From: Azolla caroliniana
Lineage: Eukaryota > Plantae > Polypodiophyta
Length of the DNA: 64,000 bases
Assembly: GCA_043228905.1 (NCBI GenBank)
Contig: JBHGNT010000001.1
Span: 32,984,001-33,048,000, forward strand
Direction of reading: 5' to 3'
The position numbers and the translations under genes were made by a program. The stretch's first letter is position 1. The number at the start of each line of letters is the position of its first letter. Below, in pieces: positions 38,546 to 55,894 of the stretch. The notes beneath the pieces were generated by a model that was not told the DNA's origin, did not search any database, and was given only the letters and a program-made list of their open reading frames with translations.

Positions 38546-39163
38546 ATGTCTTATCAATCTGATGAAGAGTCGCTGGGCGGACATTTAGGCGGACATTTGG
38601 GCTTACATCGTGAACAAGACCGATTACTTCCTATTGCTAATGTTAGTAGAATTATGAAAAAGGCCCTCCCTTCTAATGCAAAGATCTCGAAAGAAGCCAA
38701 GGAAACCGTCCAAGAATGTGTGTCAGAGTTTATTAGCTTCATCACCGGTGAAGCTTCGGATAAATGCCAAAGGGAGAAGAGGAAGACGGTGAATGGGGAT
38801 GACTTGCTATGGGCCATGGGAACCCTTGGGTTCGAAGACTACCTTGAACCTCTCAAGGTATATTTGCTCAAGTATAGAGAGCTTGAAGGTGAGAAAGGCA
38901 CATTGGCTAAACAAGGTGAAGTTCAAGGCCTGGCTATAGGGGTAGGTTTAGCTAAAGATGTCGGGATTCTCGGTGGGTCTTCTTCTTCTCCGTCTGCTTC
39001 TTCTTCTTCGGTCCTCCAAAGCATGCACAAACCCATACATTATATGTATCCTAACCAGCAATTTGTACATTCACAGTATCAAATACCTGAACATATTCAC
39101 AGTAGTACTAGTGGTAATGTTTGTTCGAGCACCGGCGAGGGTGGTGACATTCATGGATCTTGA
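38546..39163 (+). CDS. NF-YB: Nuclear factor Y subunit B (HAP3), non-LEC1 type
   Basis: Histone fold [78 protein letters not shown]. It lacks the LEC1-type ISDD/ANERC residues. Single coding exon; probable 5'UTR intron about 38218-38509 (cag|gtaagc ... ttgcag). Confidence 0.96.
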   Translation: MSYQSDEESLGGHLGGHLGLHREQDRLLPIANVSRIMKKALPSNAKISKEAKETVQECVSEFISFITGEASDKCQREKRKTVNGDDLLWAMGTLGFEDYLEPLKVYLLKYRELEGEKGTLAKQGEVQGLAIGVGLAKDVGILGGSSSSPSASSSSVLQSMHKPIHYMYPNQQFVHSQYQIPEHIHSSTSGNVCSSTGEGGDIHGS

Positions 39164-40807
39164 AAATTTAGACCCCTATCACATGGTAAGAAAGAAATGG
39201 GGAAGGAATATAACATAGACTATGGCCTTGAGAATGTATCGGTTTATGCTCAAAACTCTTCATGTGCATGTTTGAAGTGTTTTGCTTCAACATAAATATC
39301 CCCCACTTGTCAAATAAACGCATGCAATAGTGATGATTGTGGAACTTCCAACATGGTGAGACTTTCTTTTGAAACCCATAGAATTTATCAATAATGGAGC
39401 ATTTATTTATGTGAAGTACACACGACTTAAATAGCTTTATCGGTAAGAATGAAGCACTACAATCCACTTACGATCTTTGCTCAATGTCCCGACTCCCAAC
39501 ATTTCATGTAGTTTCTCCGATTAGTTTATCTCTCAAAATGGGAACTCAGTTTACTTGATAACAATTTAGATTTTTTATTAGCTTCACGAGTGAATTTACA
39601 AAAATAAATTGGACGGTACATTCCTTCAATGGAGCAAATTAATGATATTTTAGGGAAATATGAACTTTGTTGTTACCTTGCTATGCCCAACCTTGATGAT
39701 ATGATGTGGAGATCCCATGTATTGCGTATTATAAAGAGGTAATAAGTGAATATCCCTTATGTCTATAATGTTGTATAGGATGAATACCATATGATGAACT
39801 TATGCATATTTTTAGAAACACATAGTAATTTTCACTTTTTTGTTGAAGTTGATCAATCTTATAGATCATTTTCATTTCACCAATGGTTCATTAGTGACTA
39901 GAGTTTTCAACTAGATCATGTTTCATCTTCTCTTTGAGTTTACTCTTTCCTTCTATGAGAATTTCATAGGCCCTCTCCCTCCATTTTGACTTGTTTGTTG
40001 GTATGTTTAGACTCTATTCCTTTTTTGCCTTTTTAATAGACCCTTTTTATCTCTTTGGACTGAACGAGGACTTTGTCAATCAAGATATATTTTACACTTT
40101 AGGAAAGTTTGGATAAATGTAACACTATTTGATTGGGTTTGCCAATTGTGAAATATAGAAAACTATAGAGTTGTAAACATAAATAATTCATACTTAAACT
40201 TTGAAATGGATAAGGGTAATTGCTAACTCTATTAGCACTAATGGGAAGGAAGAAGATTGTTTACAAGGGATTGGTAAAGAAATGCAACATTGATCTGTAA
40301 TGTTGTGTACAAATTAAGTTCATTGCATTTTTCCTACGTGCGATGCATATAAATGTTTGAGCTTGTATAGCACTATTACATAACCTCTAGTTGCTGTAAG
40401 TAAAGCTTGATTTCCAATTATGTAACCCTTGGATTTGGGAACGAAATGAATTCTTGTCACAGTAAATGTGTTCACAATTAATGGTAAGAGGTGATGCGCA
40501 AAACTATTGAATGGCTCAAGAGTATGCTTGATGAAGATAGCCACTACATATATTATTATTTGTAATTGTGTCAATTTCCAACTCTCATGAAGATTTCTCT
40601 AGCATCATTTTGTCCAATCTAAATTAATGTTTTAACAATAAACAAGAAACATTTTCTCCTGCCTGGGAGTAATGTGCTCATGGACTTGAAGGGGATACAA
40701 ATAGAACTGATAAAATATCAATTTGTTGTCAAATGAAAGTAATTATCAACCAAAGCCGATCTCTCTTTAGTATCCTTTAGATCTTGAAACATCTCATTGG
40801 ACTTTTT

Positions 40808-41030
40808 ATGGCAACTAAAAGTTTCAAGCCCTCTGAAGCTCATAGCGTCACATTCTCAGCTAATTAGTATATCATACTGTTCTATAAATTCGCTCACGTT
40901 TATTTCAGTTTGTTGTATCCAATATGGCAACTAATAGTTTCAATCCTGCTGAAGCTCATAACATAACACTTTCAGCTAGTAGCTAATAGGTGATACCGTT
41001 TTATAAATTCACTCAAGTTTATTTTGGTTC
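40808..41030. repeat. About 115-bp diverged tandem duplication
   Basis: atggcaactaa.agtttcaa.cc..ctgaagctcata..tcagcta..tataaattc.ctca.gtttattt occurs twice. Confidence 0.85.
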
Positions 41031-41564
41031 ACTCACTATTTTCAAACACAACCTTGCATACTGCATTTTTGCCCCTTGAGAGTCATTAACGTAACCACTT
41101 TATTAGTTTTGCTCTCTCAAAGCTTTTCTGACAAAGATTTCAAAGAAACAATTACTACATTCCAATTGCTTGTCAGAAAATTTTAATTCCATAGTTAGCT
41201 GAGGTATAAGGATGAAATACAAATACAGATCAATTGAAAAAGTTTTCATGCAAACAAGAGAGATGGAAGGGATGGAATCCTAACAATATCCTGACACATG
41301 GCCCAGACACTAGTATGAACAAAGAATATGTGTAGTTCCAATTGCCTGCATAAACTTGATGAATTGAGGCCTCCTCCCTAGATACATTTACCAAAGCTTA
41401 TTGATGACAGCAATCTGGATTTGTCCATATAGCACAAAAACAAGTTTTAAAAATATTACATGATACAGATGGTTGCTCCGTTGAAGGAAGTGAAGAAAGG
41501 ATATTCACTATATCTGAGGAACAAACCCCTCTTATATTGGATATTATCCAGAAAAACGATGTCT

Positions 41565-45462
<3,898 letters not shown>

Positions 45463-45596
45463 GGCGATGGAGAATCAGACGAGCTCCTCTCGTCTTTGCC
45501 TTTTGCTTTTATTTTTATTTTGTTATCTTGAGGAGGAGGATGGATTGAGAGAGGGGCGCGACGGGAGCCAAACGAACGTTCCTTCCACAGACACAC

Positions 45597-45612
45597 GATA
45601 AGAGGTCTTATC
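45597..45612. promoter_or_regulatory. Inverted pair of I-boxes (GATAAG) upstream of petC
   Basis: GATAAGA-gg-TCTTATC lies about 135 bp upstream of the ATG. The I-box is an established element of light-regulated photosynthesis genes. Confidence 0.55.
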
Positions 45613-46491
45613 CACACGCACGGCCGTTGGATCTTTCAAAACCCCACATCCAACGGCCCACATCCTCCCGAGCTTTTCCACCTCAAAACCTCTTCTTTTA
45701 TTATATTTGGCCACCCGCTAAATGCCACACACACACACACACATGGAGCATCCATAACTTCCTTTACTTACTTACATGAAGGGGTTGTTTCCTCACTTTT
45801 ATGCCTCCTTCCGTCCATCCATCTGCCCATCCAAAAGACAAACAGATCCACTTCAATCCCATGTCATCCCATTCATCTTGTTCCTCACCTTCGATTAGCC
45901 ACCATATCATGTTTTTATGTCCATTGCCATTGATATTGGGCTCCCACCCATCCTAGACAGAGTGCCCTGTGCTAATGTCCAGCCCGACCATTGGGCCATA
46001 GAGCTCATCCATGCTTTTGAGACTGCCAATATTGCTCTATTCTTCTCAACTTTCTATTACACGTGAGCCATAACTATCCACCAATGTTTTGCTACCAACA
46101 AACTACAGCTTGATCCAAATTTAAAATTCATGCCAATAAGGTGGAACAATATTGAGCGTCTGTTGCATGTCATGAGGTGCGTTTGCATGTCTTATCCTCA
46201 AACCTATGATATCAGTATGGTTTACAGTTTATTTATTGGCTACAACACATAGGTAAGGTTTTCATGCAGCTTTATTACGTGGTACTAAATTTGAAAATGC
46301 CCAGCTTTTATTTATCACAGTGCGTATTATAAAATAATTGAAACAAATATTGGAAATCATGTAGAATGAATGCCCCTCAATGTCACAATACTCGTTCAAA
46401 AAATTACATTTTTCTTGTTCTCATAAGGTAAAAAATTTGAATCAAATGGCAAAATTTGATGTACGTAATATGCCTTTGGTAAAAAATCCAA

Positions 46492-49400
46492 TCAACACAA
46501 AGCCGGGAAATACTCCTTGTTTCCTTTGAATGCCAATATATCTTCAATCACCTCATTTACACCTTCAGCTTTTGAGTTGTTTTTATCAGCCCGAGCATTC
46601 GAACCCCACACTGAGACTGTCAATTTCCGGACATCTCGAGACTTCGGGCAGAGATATTTCTTGTACCACTCAATCACATCGGACTTGGAAATAGTCTTTA
46701 GCACCTCAGCCTCTCGTTGATTGATGTCGAATATATACCTATGATTTAGTTATGAGTCATGGCTTAAAACCATGTTTAAAAACTGAACAAAAGTGATAAT
46801 CATATGTTTTCTGAGTTTCCTCAATTACCTTCTTTCCACAATTTGAAGCCAGAGACGATCAGTTTCCTCAGTCAAATGATGATCTCTCTCGAGTTTCTCC
46901 TCAATTAATGCCTCGACATACTCTTCAAACTCGCTAATATTCATCCCCACCTACCATTTCATAGAAACAGAGGCCATGTCAGTTATGAGATTCAATCTAA
47001 ATTGAATGCCAAATAAAAAGAAACTTCTTTGATGAAGTGTATACTTTCCGTATTCGAAAGGATACCCTTCATTTCCAAAATTCATCAACAAAGCCCCCTC
47101 CCCTCCTTACTTTCTTAGAAAGGCCAAAATTTCCACTTTTAATTAGTTTTAAGCAGCACTTCCCCTGGGTGTAATTATTGGACAACTTTATAAATTTTAA
47201 TTCGGCTTAGACAAAATTGATGTATGAGCAGTGATCTAATTCATTTATTAACAAAAAACATCAGATTACTTCTTTCAATTATTAGGGATTGATACAAACA
47301 GAGCACGACAATTTTCCTTATAGCTTTTCAAACTAATAACGTAGATCATTTACAACAGGAATTTTGTTCATGTGAAAACTTTTCCATGAATGAGATTTGT
47401 TTATTCAAACTACAAAAGTAAAATAAAACTACGAAGAGACAGCATACCAAAAAGCTTTCAAAGCTATCAAGAAACGCATCAATTCGTTTCTTCAAATACG
47501 ATGGTGAATATTTAGCTGACACTATACGGAAGCAAAATCCCAAAACTCGGTATGTCATCCTTGCACTGCTACTCACTGAATAACCCAATTGCTCCTTTGT
47601 TCTGAACAAATTAAATCAGCCTTTCCTCATCATGCCATCTCAAATCTTGATATTTCACATATACCTCCGAGTTCTAGAATGTAGTTGTATTCATAATTTA
47701 CCTCAATTCATTGAACCAAGGTTCAGATACAATTGTTTCGAAGAGATCATAGATTGCTCTTTCTCTGATGCTTTCTGCACCCACATCTTGATCAAGTTGA
47801 AAATACATCTGCAAGTTTCACCATTGCTTTTATTAAATAATGCATTGATCCTGGAAAAAGCAGGATAAGCTTTATATAGATATACGTACGTATGTACGTA
47901 AGTACATATATATGTATGTATGTATGTATGTTTATACATATGTTATACTCACTTCAATGGCCGAGTTCTCCTCCATGCTATTTTTTGCATCAGCATTATA
48001 AATGAGACTTGTACAAGAAGGAAGCTTCAATATTCTCTCACGTGGCTCAACTGCATCAGGTAATGGTTGCACAACGAGATTATCTTTGAAAATTGTGGCA
48101 ATCTCCATGGCCTCATGTTCTAAAAGATTACCATGGCAAAAACCCTCAATATGTACCTGGAAATGATAAAGAGTTTTGCAGATAACATGTTATGGCATAT
48201 ATAAACACACAATATGTACCTGCGATGACATAGAAGTTGAAGGTATACACATTAAATGCATGTAATATGTAATGCATATACCTGGCTAAGTAAGGTAGGA
48301 ATGAAATTAATAAGATCCTCAAGTGAAGACGAAATCAAGCAATCCTTCTTATCCTCCACATGGAAAAATCGTTCTTTCAGTATTTGTATGCGTAAATAAG
48401 TTGCATGCTTTGAAGGCTTCATGTTTGTATTTGTGTAAGCTCTGATCAATTCCTCTTTAATAACCTAAATAAGGATGGTAAGCACCCACTTTTTATATCA
48501 AGGATGATACATACATGACAAAATTTGCATAAATGACAGTGTTACCTCATAGCGATTTGCAGATGGCACAAAGGTTTTCAAAAGTTGAGCAATCTTTAAA
48601 GCCAAACAGGGTAACTTCTCATTGAATCCATGCATTTTGAGTTCAATTTTGTCGACAGAAACTGAAACTGAAGACTCTAGTCTTGCCACATTAGCCTGTG
48701 CGAATATCAGGCAAAGATTTAATTCACTTAGGAAAAACTATTGCCTGTGAATAATTATCATTTTTCCTACAATTGGTTTTGGACGTTCCCAATGCTCACC
48801 AAGTAAAGTGTCTCATTAAGAGCATCTTTGAGAAGCATCACATACAATTCTGTGAAAACAGAAGCCTTTACAGAGTCATAAGCACCCTTGCATGAAATTA
48901 AAAAATATGTGTTGGCTCTTGGCATCTTGAACTTCTTATCCAGCTTGTACCAAAGTTTCAAGGAGGAATCATCAACTATGAACTTGGGGGGACTCTCTAT
49001 CTCAATGCCTTCTATTTCCTTTACAGAGAAATCTGTTGGAATGAATTCATTAACCACAGGCATGTGCAGCAAGGGGTTTACAATCGTGGGATTTTCCCAA
49101 CGATTCATTAGATCTGCTGAAATTGTCTCAACTGTATATGGGAAATTAAACCATGGTTCATATTGTACACCTGCAAACCACCGGTTGCAAAAGAGTTGAT
49201 AAGAATTTTACAAGGCAATATATCTTTAGTAACAAAAACAAGTCGGTTTACCATTATCTGCAACAAAAGACTTTGATACAATGTCCAAACGCATGTTATT
49301 GGGAACCATTAAATCCAGCAGTTTTTGGGTCAAGACAGGATCCCATTGCTCAAGAGCATAATCACCATAAATCACATGATGTTCCGGATACATATGCATG

Positions 49401-52400
49401 TTTGCTATGCAATGTCAACCAAAGTCAAGCCAAGATAAATAAAATCATCCATATATTGAATAGGTAAAGGTTGTCCTTACTTGAAAGATTCACTGCATAT
49501 TCATCTGGGTGATCATCCTCCACAAATCTGAATTCCATATTGGTCATATCCTGTAGTTCCTTGAAAACCCACTCTTGGGGACCAATCTTGCGTAGCATTT
49601 TAATGTATTCATAGAGCAAACCCACAACTTCTTGAACCTGAATACAGATATAAACATCTTCAAGGATTCTTCTTCTATGCCCTCTATCTAGGCCACTGGC
49701 TTCCAGTAGGCAGTAAACTAACATTTTTTTTCTCTCAGAGATGATGCATATTTACATTTGAAAATAACCACTTGCATAGATGATCCAAGGAGATCAGTAC
49801 TTGGAATATAAACATGGAAACTGCAATTTGAAATTTGAATTAAGATGCTCAAAAACAGTACTTTAGCCATCCAAACAAGCATAATTAAAGAAAATGCAAA
49901 CAGGGCTGATCAGATATGTCTCAAACCTCAGATTTTTATAGCCAATAGAACAGTATTCAATATGCAAGTTCTAGCTAACCTTTTCCAGACCCGTATCTGT
50001 AAGGTGGATTTTGACATTAAACATGTAGCCTGCAGAGCAGCGCTCAAATCCACCCTCACCTATCCCAGCTGATAATTCAGTGGCCCATCCATTGAGCTTA
50101 AGCAAAGAAAACAAACTTCCTGAACCCTCTGTTTATGAGAATAAAAAAACCGTAAGTACATTATTGCAAGGTAATATGTATGCATTATATAAGTTCAGTG
50201 TTCTCACCATGACCAACAAGATGCGAAATGTAATCATAAGGCTTCTTCACATACTCTGCAGAAAGACATGGAAACGGCCATATAATCGAAACAAAATGTT
50301 GATCTTTAACTGACTTAACCCGGTACAGTTTTCCAGGCTCCCAAACAGGTCCTTCCCATGGAAATTGCAGTGGCTTGTTTATACCAGACTTAACTTCACT
50401 AAACAACTCAACAACCCACTCCTTCAGTGTCTCCAATGGTTCTGTAAACCCACCAAAAACATTTGACTGGCATCCCAGAAAAACCACATACAAATATGTT
50501 TTCTTATGAAGGTTTCAAAATTACCCACCTCCACTGATGACGGCAAGTTTCATGCGCCCAGCATGATAATAATCTTCATACAACTTCAAAATCTTGCTTC
50601 GCATGTCAACACCTCTAGCTACAGGCTCACGTAAGCTTTTACTATTTCCTTCAGGAAGAAGCACAAGCAAAATGAATTAGCAAAAAAAAGATATGGCAGC
50701 TTCATGCTTTCTTCAGGCACAATAGTGATAATCCTTGATTTGTTCAACTGCTTTGATATTAATCACATGTAGGTAAAACCATGTAAATGAAGCATAAATA
50801 CCCCAACTAAAACAGTTGAATGGATGTTTCTCAAAAGCTGTGTTACATTGAAGCTGTGCTAAACGGGCATCATCATTCTGCAGATATCCTTCAAATTCTG
50901 CATTCAACCCCATACAAGAAATCAAATTCAGACATACATACAACTGTCCTCCATCGTATCTTCACTGGCACAAAAGATGTACCAGAATCTATTGCCTGAA
51001 CTTCACGATCCATAGCATCTGCTTTTACCAAAGGAGATATAAAGAACTGCGAAAATCTACAAGCAATATCATATTGAACAACTGATCTTGCACCTTGAAC
51101 AAATTTCAATGCATTAGAAGTAGCATATACCTGTCAAGAGCAGGTTTTAGAAACTTGTGATTGACCTCAAAGTAATAACAAGTTTGTTCAGTGTCGGTAA
51201 AAGCGTTGGAAGAACCTCCATGTTTTGAAAGAAAGCTATCATACTGCAAAAACATGATGAAAAAGGCTTACTGAGTTACAGTTGTCCTAAAAATAACCAA
51301 GAAGCGTCACATCACCGGATCCAGCAAATGAATTGATAATCAGAAGGCTACAGAACATCACCTCATTTTCATCTGGGAATTTTGAGCTCCCCATAAAAAG
51401 CATGTGCTCTGCATAAATTAAACCTTACTTTGAGCGATCATGCTGCAACATCCAGAAAGGTAAACAATGCAATTTTTGAAGACTTAATGTCTACACGTTC
51501 TTATGTCACTGGACAAGTGTGTTCAGTGTCCTAGGAGATTGTCTCAATATTGTGCACACACACATCCCAACCACCACAACATCGTTTCTCATCTTAATAT
51601 ATGTTTAGCAGTTCCTATATTTTGCACTCTCTTAGTGTTATTTCAACCTGTTATATCAGTTCATTACTTGAGTCAATGACGTGCATTTAATTAAAGATGA
51701 AACTGAAAGATGAACAAGGTTGTTGAAATTTGAAAAGAAAAATGTGTCTTCATATACATAAAACAGATGTAATGAGAGAAATTTCAAACAATATTTCAGA
51801 TTTTCACAAATATACATTACAAGCCTAATTTAACTGACCTAAAAAATGAGCAAGTCCTTGGGCATCCTTTGGGTCTGAGAAACTTCCAACCCCAACAGCT
51901 AGAGCTGCCGCAGCCTGTATAAATGAGAAATGTAGATATAATCAGAACCTAGGAATGAATAAACTTTTATTCGCACAGCTATATGACTGTTTGGAATGAT
52001 TCTGACTTCATGAAATGCATATATTGCATTTTCGTTGCAATGTACGTCAAATCCATAAAATCACATGACACATCCATGTCCATGTCACCATGACTGCATC
52101 ATGAATACATACATATGTCAATCATAGAGTACATGGCATCACAATGTGAGCAAATTTGTCACCATACATACATATATATTGGGATCAATATGACAACATG
52201 ACAAAAACAATTCTGTCAATCACACAGTTTGCTTGGATCATAAACGCATGACCAAATGACAAAAAGCAATTTTATGTGAGTGATTTTGCCACCAATCCAT
52301 ATTACCACAATTCTATCACTCATAACAATAACAATGTCATCAATTACAATCTTGTTGGTGCTGATATAACCACATGACAATAACAAGTCTATTCAATTCT

Positions 52401-52824
52401 ACCACTTTATTGGTATAACCACACAAGAAACAAAATTCTATAAATCATATCATTTTGTCATTGCTTATAAAATCACACAATACAAAAAACTAAGGTTGCT
52501 TATTACCATTTTCTTAGTGGACTCGGATCCATGTCTATGACCACCTTCTTCTGATGAAGCACTATCATCGTAGTCCTCATGAGCGCCATTTTCTAAATCA
52601 TTATCATCCTCTTCCTCGTCATAACTCTCGTCGTCGTCTTCTTCGTCCTCCTCTTCTTCATCATTGTTTGATATCTTTGGATCGTGTATAAGAAGAGCAC
52701 AAAAGCCATTTGGCAAATGAACAAGCTGATATTCTCGTTCATCGGAAGGCGACTTTATCACGGCTTTATCATAACCTCCTTGAACTGATTCAGAGGGAAT
52801 CGAAGCCACCACATCTACGCCCAT
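46492..52824 (-). CDS. Nardilysin-like / insulin-degrading enzyme family M16A metallopeptidase, many exons
   Basis: [19 protein letters not shown], long acidic insert (nardilysin hallmark), [27 protein letters not shown] (inverted HxxEH zinc motif), [50 protein letters not shown], ends EYFPALC*. Multiple GT-AG introns; not every exon boundary resolved. Confidence 0.94.
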
Positions 52825-52975
52825 ATTTGATGATGATGACGTCGATGATCTAACTCTAGGTGGGTTCAAAGGAGAAGATGAAAAGCAACCTGAAATACAA
52901 ACAGAATATGCTCTGAAGAGCATGGAAATAAGCAAAAGAATACAGAGAAAAAACGGATAGTAAAAAAATTACCTT

Positions 52976-53018
52976 TTTAGGGGGGGGGGGGGGGGGGGGG
53001 GCTTTAGGGTTAGGGTTT
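52976..53018. promoter_or_regulatory. Poly-G run plus telo-box repeats in the 5' leader of the M16 peptidase gene
   Basis: tttaG(23)ctttagggttagggtt, which reads aaccctaaccctaaagC(23) on the gene strand. Confidence 0.5.
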
Positions 53019-53632
53019 TCTGAGGAAACTCTACAAAAAAAGTGGTCTTACTTTACCTGTGTGTAAATAAGTAGGAGTAGAGGAAAGACGGCGGAGAGGA
53101 GAAGTGGGAGAGAGGAAGAGACGAGTGTTGAGAATAGAGTAGTAGTAGTAGTAATAGTGACAGCAATAGTAGGAGTAGGTAGGGTGCAGAGCATACAAAC
53201 AACACCGGTGGGCGTAAGTCACCATAAAATCCCTAATAAGTTCTCTCTCACTCTGCTCCTCTCTCCTATGGCATCTTCTTCTTCTTCTTCTTCTTCTTCT
53301 TCTTCTTCTTCTTGTTGGTTGTTAGTTTCTAGTGCCTCACCTCACCATGTCTTTGTTGTATCTTTTCGAGTTTGTCACATTTCTTTAAATCGTGGTCATC
53401 CTTTCTTCCTTGCCCTCTCTCGTATTGATGTTTGTCTCTTTGATTGTTTGTCTACACTTGTTTTTTCATCGAGGGAGCTCTCGCCATCCTCCTTCTTTGT
53501 CTTCTCTATTTCACCTTGTCTTACCTTTGGGTGTGATTCATGTGGTTGGGGAATAGTCGTAATGAAGGCCATTTCTTTCTTTATGGCATCCATCATCCCA
53601 AATTATCAGTCGTCTTAGATTGTGTGCCCTCA

Positions 53633-54620
53633 CTAGGAATCGGCAACGGTTCGGTTTAGGCTTAACCGGTTTGGCCTTATCCAAGCCAAACCAGTTAAGC
53701 CTAAACCATTTTGGGGTTCTCAAACTTGAACCAAACCGATCCCTAAACCGGTTTAGGCTAAACCTGTTTGCCCTAAACCGTTTTGTGAAGTGGTTTGGGA
53801 CAAAAAAACTTTAAAGGTGCCCAAAAAATACCACCACCATTTCCTCATACTCTTCTCCTTCTCATAACTCCCACCCCCTCGGCCTTACCACTGATGAGTC
53901 CGAATTCAACTCCAAGTCCCACCTCCATGATTCCCACTCCGTATACTACTACAGTTGGTCGACTAACATCCACGAATCCCCTACCTCCCACCATCCAAAC
54001 CACGAGCCCCGAGGCTATGGCAACCTCTCACTCTCGATGATCAAATCCTTCTCCAAAGTTAGCATGCCCCCCGCCCCCACCCTCTTCATCTTCCTTTGTA
54101 GATTGCTACCGCCCGACCCTTGAGCACCTCCAATATAGCAAAGTCACGACGAGTGGATCAATGTAACCCTTTCTGGACCTCAATATGTCCATTCTTGAAT
54201 GTTATTGCCCATCCCTCAACCACCTTTAGGTTGAGCTCGCCGCGTACTAAGTCCAACTCAAGGGAGAATTTGGAACTAAAATTTCACCTATATGTATAGA
54301 AATAATGTATATAACAACAATAATGAGGTCCTCGTGATCGCCCACTATGCGGGCTCCCTCTCCCTCTTTGTCCCTCCCTCTCTCATCGCTCAACAAGTCT
54401 ATTGACTGTGGCTTCCTATCAGTCTCTCTCTCTCGACATTCAAGTTCTTTGTCCCTCCCTCTCTCATCGCTCAACAAAGACTATGGCTTCCTATCAGTCT
54501 CTCTCTCAACATTCAAGTTCTAACTTCTAACTGTCTAATTTCTAACTTTCTAAAGCCTAATTATTAAACGGCTTAACCAGTTTAAGCCGGTTTGGCAAGG
54601 CTCAAGCCGAGCCGAGCCGG
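53633..54620. mobile_element. hAT-like non-autonomous DNA transposon fragment
   Basis: Starts TAGGAATCGGCAACGG, similar to TAGGG..GGCAA hAT termini. Dense subterminal aaccg/cggtt/ttaagcc/ggcttaa motifs at 53640-53795 recur at 54550-54620. Right TIR missing where a LINE fragment begins. Internal direct repeat about 54365/54447. Confidence 0.55.
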
Positions 54621-54621
54621 A

Positions 54622-55225
54622 TATATATGTAAGCCAAATGCAAGGTGGTGGCAATTATTGCAATTTTGGTTGGCATTCCCATTTGCCATTTCGTGCAAAG
54701 GTATTCATGATCGATGGGCTCCCGCTAGGTTCAACTTGAAAGAAACAAGGCTTAGGTTTGGCTACGTACTTCTCTTGCACCAGTCCAGTGGAGGAAAATA
54801 CACATAGGTTCATTAAATGTGTTATAGCGCATATCATTTGGAAGTACTTATCAAACATTTGGCAACATTTAACCCATTGTTATTTGAGGCCTCAACACTA
54901 GGTTTTTTCTCAGTATATTTGAAATGGTCCAAATGAATTAGAGATGTTATTCCAAATTTTTCAATATTGAGGATTGTAACATAATTGAAAATTGCATCTT
55001 GTTTTTATGTTTCATAGTAGACATGGGGTGAAAGCCTATATGAAGAAATTGAAAGGTGTTCTTCTGTGGAATTCTTGGATGTTAGAGCATGTGGGGATCA
55101 TTTCCTCGAGTGCATATTCAAGTTTTCTATCGGCTTTACAATATGTCCCGCAGGGAGAGGAGACTAAGAATTTCTAACAAGTGCATTTTACATACAATTA
55201 ATATAATTATATGCTTTTACCAATA
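54622..55225 (+). mobile_element. LINE 3' fragment (zf-RVT region plus 3'UTR), copy 3 of the (GA)n-ended family
   Basis: Homology to 33890-34225 and 36100-36700 (RHGVKAY..KL). Ends ttaatataattatatgcttttaccaata(AG)n. Confidence 0.85.
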
Positions 55226-55449
55226 AGAGAGAGAGAGAGAGAGTACGTATGTGTGTAGAAGGTATCCTCAAGGGAGCTTCCACAACTACATGCAAGGGGG
55301 AGAATGGTTCAAGGTGGAACTTAGTCCAAGTTTCATCTATTGTGTTTCCAAAATATATATATTTAATTATGTAATTATTTTTTTACTTATTTGGAAAAAT
55401 ATAAAAAAGTTATCTCCCAAATTTTTTTACGTTTATTGTATTATTTGGG

Positions 55450-55894
55450 GAGAGCTAGAGTAGTGGCACCTAGCACCCGATCCGAGTGGTGGAGCAGGCT
55501 GGAAACACCTGGAAGACGCCCAATTAGGTGGAGCCCCATTGGAAGCTATGGGTCTACGATAATTGCCCACTAGCAAAACTAAAATGGGACCCAAGGGATT
55601 TCATGTGGAAGTATGGTGGTAGGATGAGTCACTTATTCGACTACAATGCTAAATTGGGCCAAGCTATACAGTTACAACCAGAAAAGCCCCCAATGCACAA
55701 TAGTTTGCAAAAATTGGACAACCTTGACGAGGTTCTCTATAGATTCTAGAAGGGTCTCTGGCGTCTCCACATGCCTAAGAAGATCAAGTTGTTTTGAAGG
55801 CAGATTAACCATAAAGTGGTCCCCGTTGGAGAAATGGATAGGTAGACAAGGAGGCCCGATGGCTTGCCCACTTTGCTCTACACATATTGAGACT
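55450..55894 (+). mobile_element. LINE ORF2 C-terminal fragment interrupted by a copia LTR
   Basis: KLWVYDNCPLAKLKWDPRDFMWK..LFDYNAKLG..RRVWRLHMPKKIKLF..CPLC aligns by eye with WILYVVEGKPLERIEWDPTEYRWK..FFEYSTRLG..RIWNSSLPERIKVF..CKAC of the LINE at 61644-62645. Confidence 0.8.

Noticed and set aside
38546-39163. LEC1-type NF-YB
   Set aside because: Has the non-LEC1 residues ([18 protein letters not shown]) rather than ISDD, ANERC, QRKTITAED.
53004-53017. Interstitial telomere or telomerase RNA template
   Set aside because: Only two repeat units and no Pol III USE/TATA arrangement seen; better explained as promoter telo-boxes.
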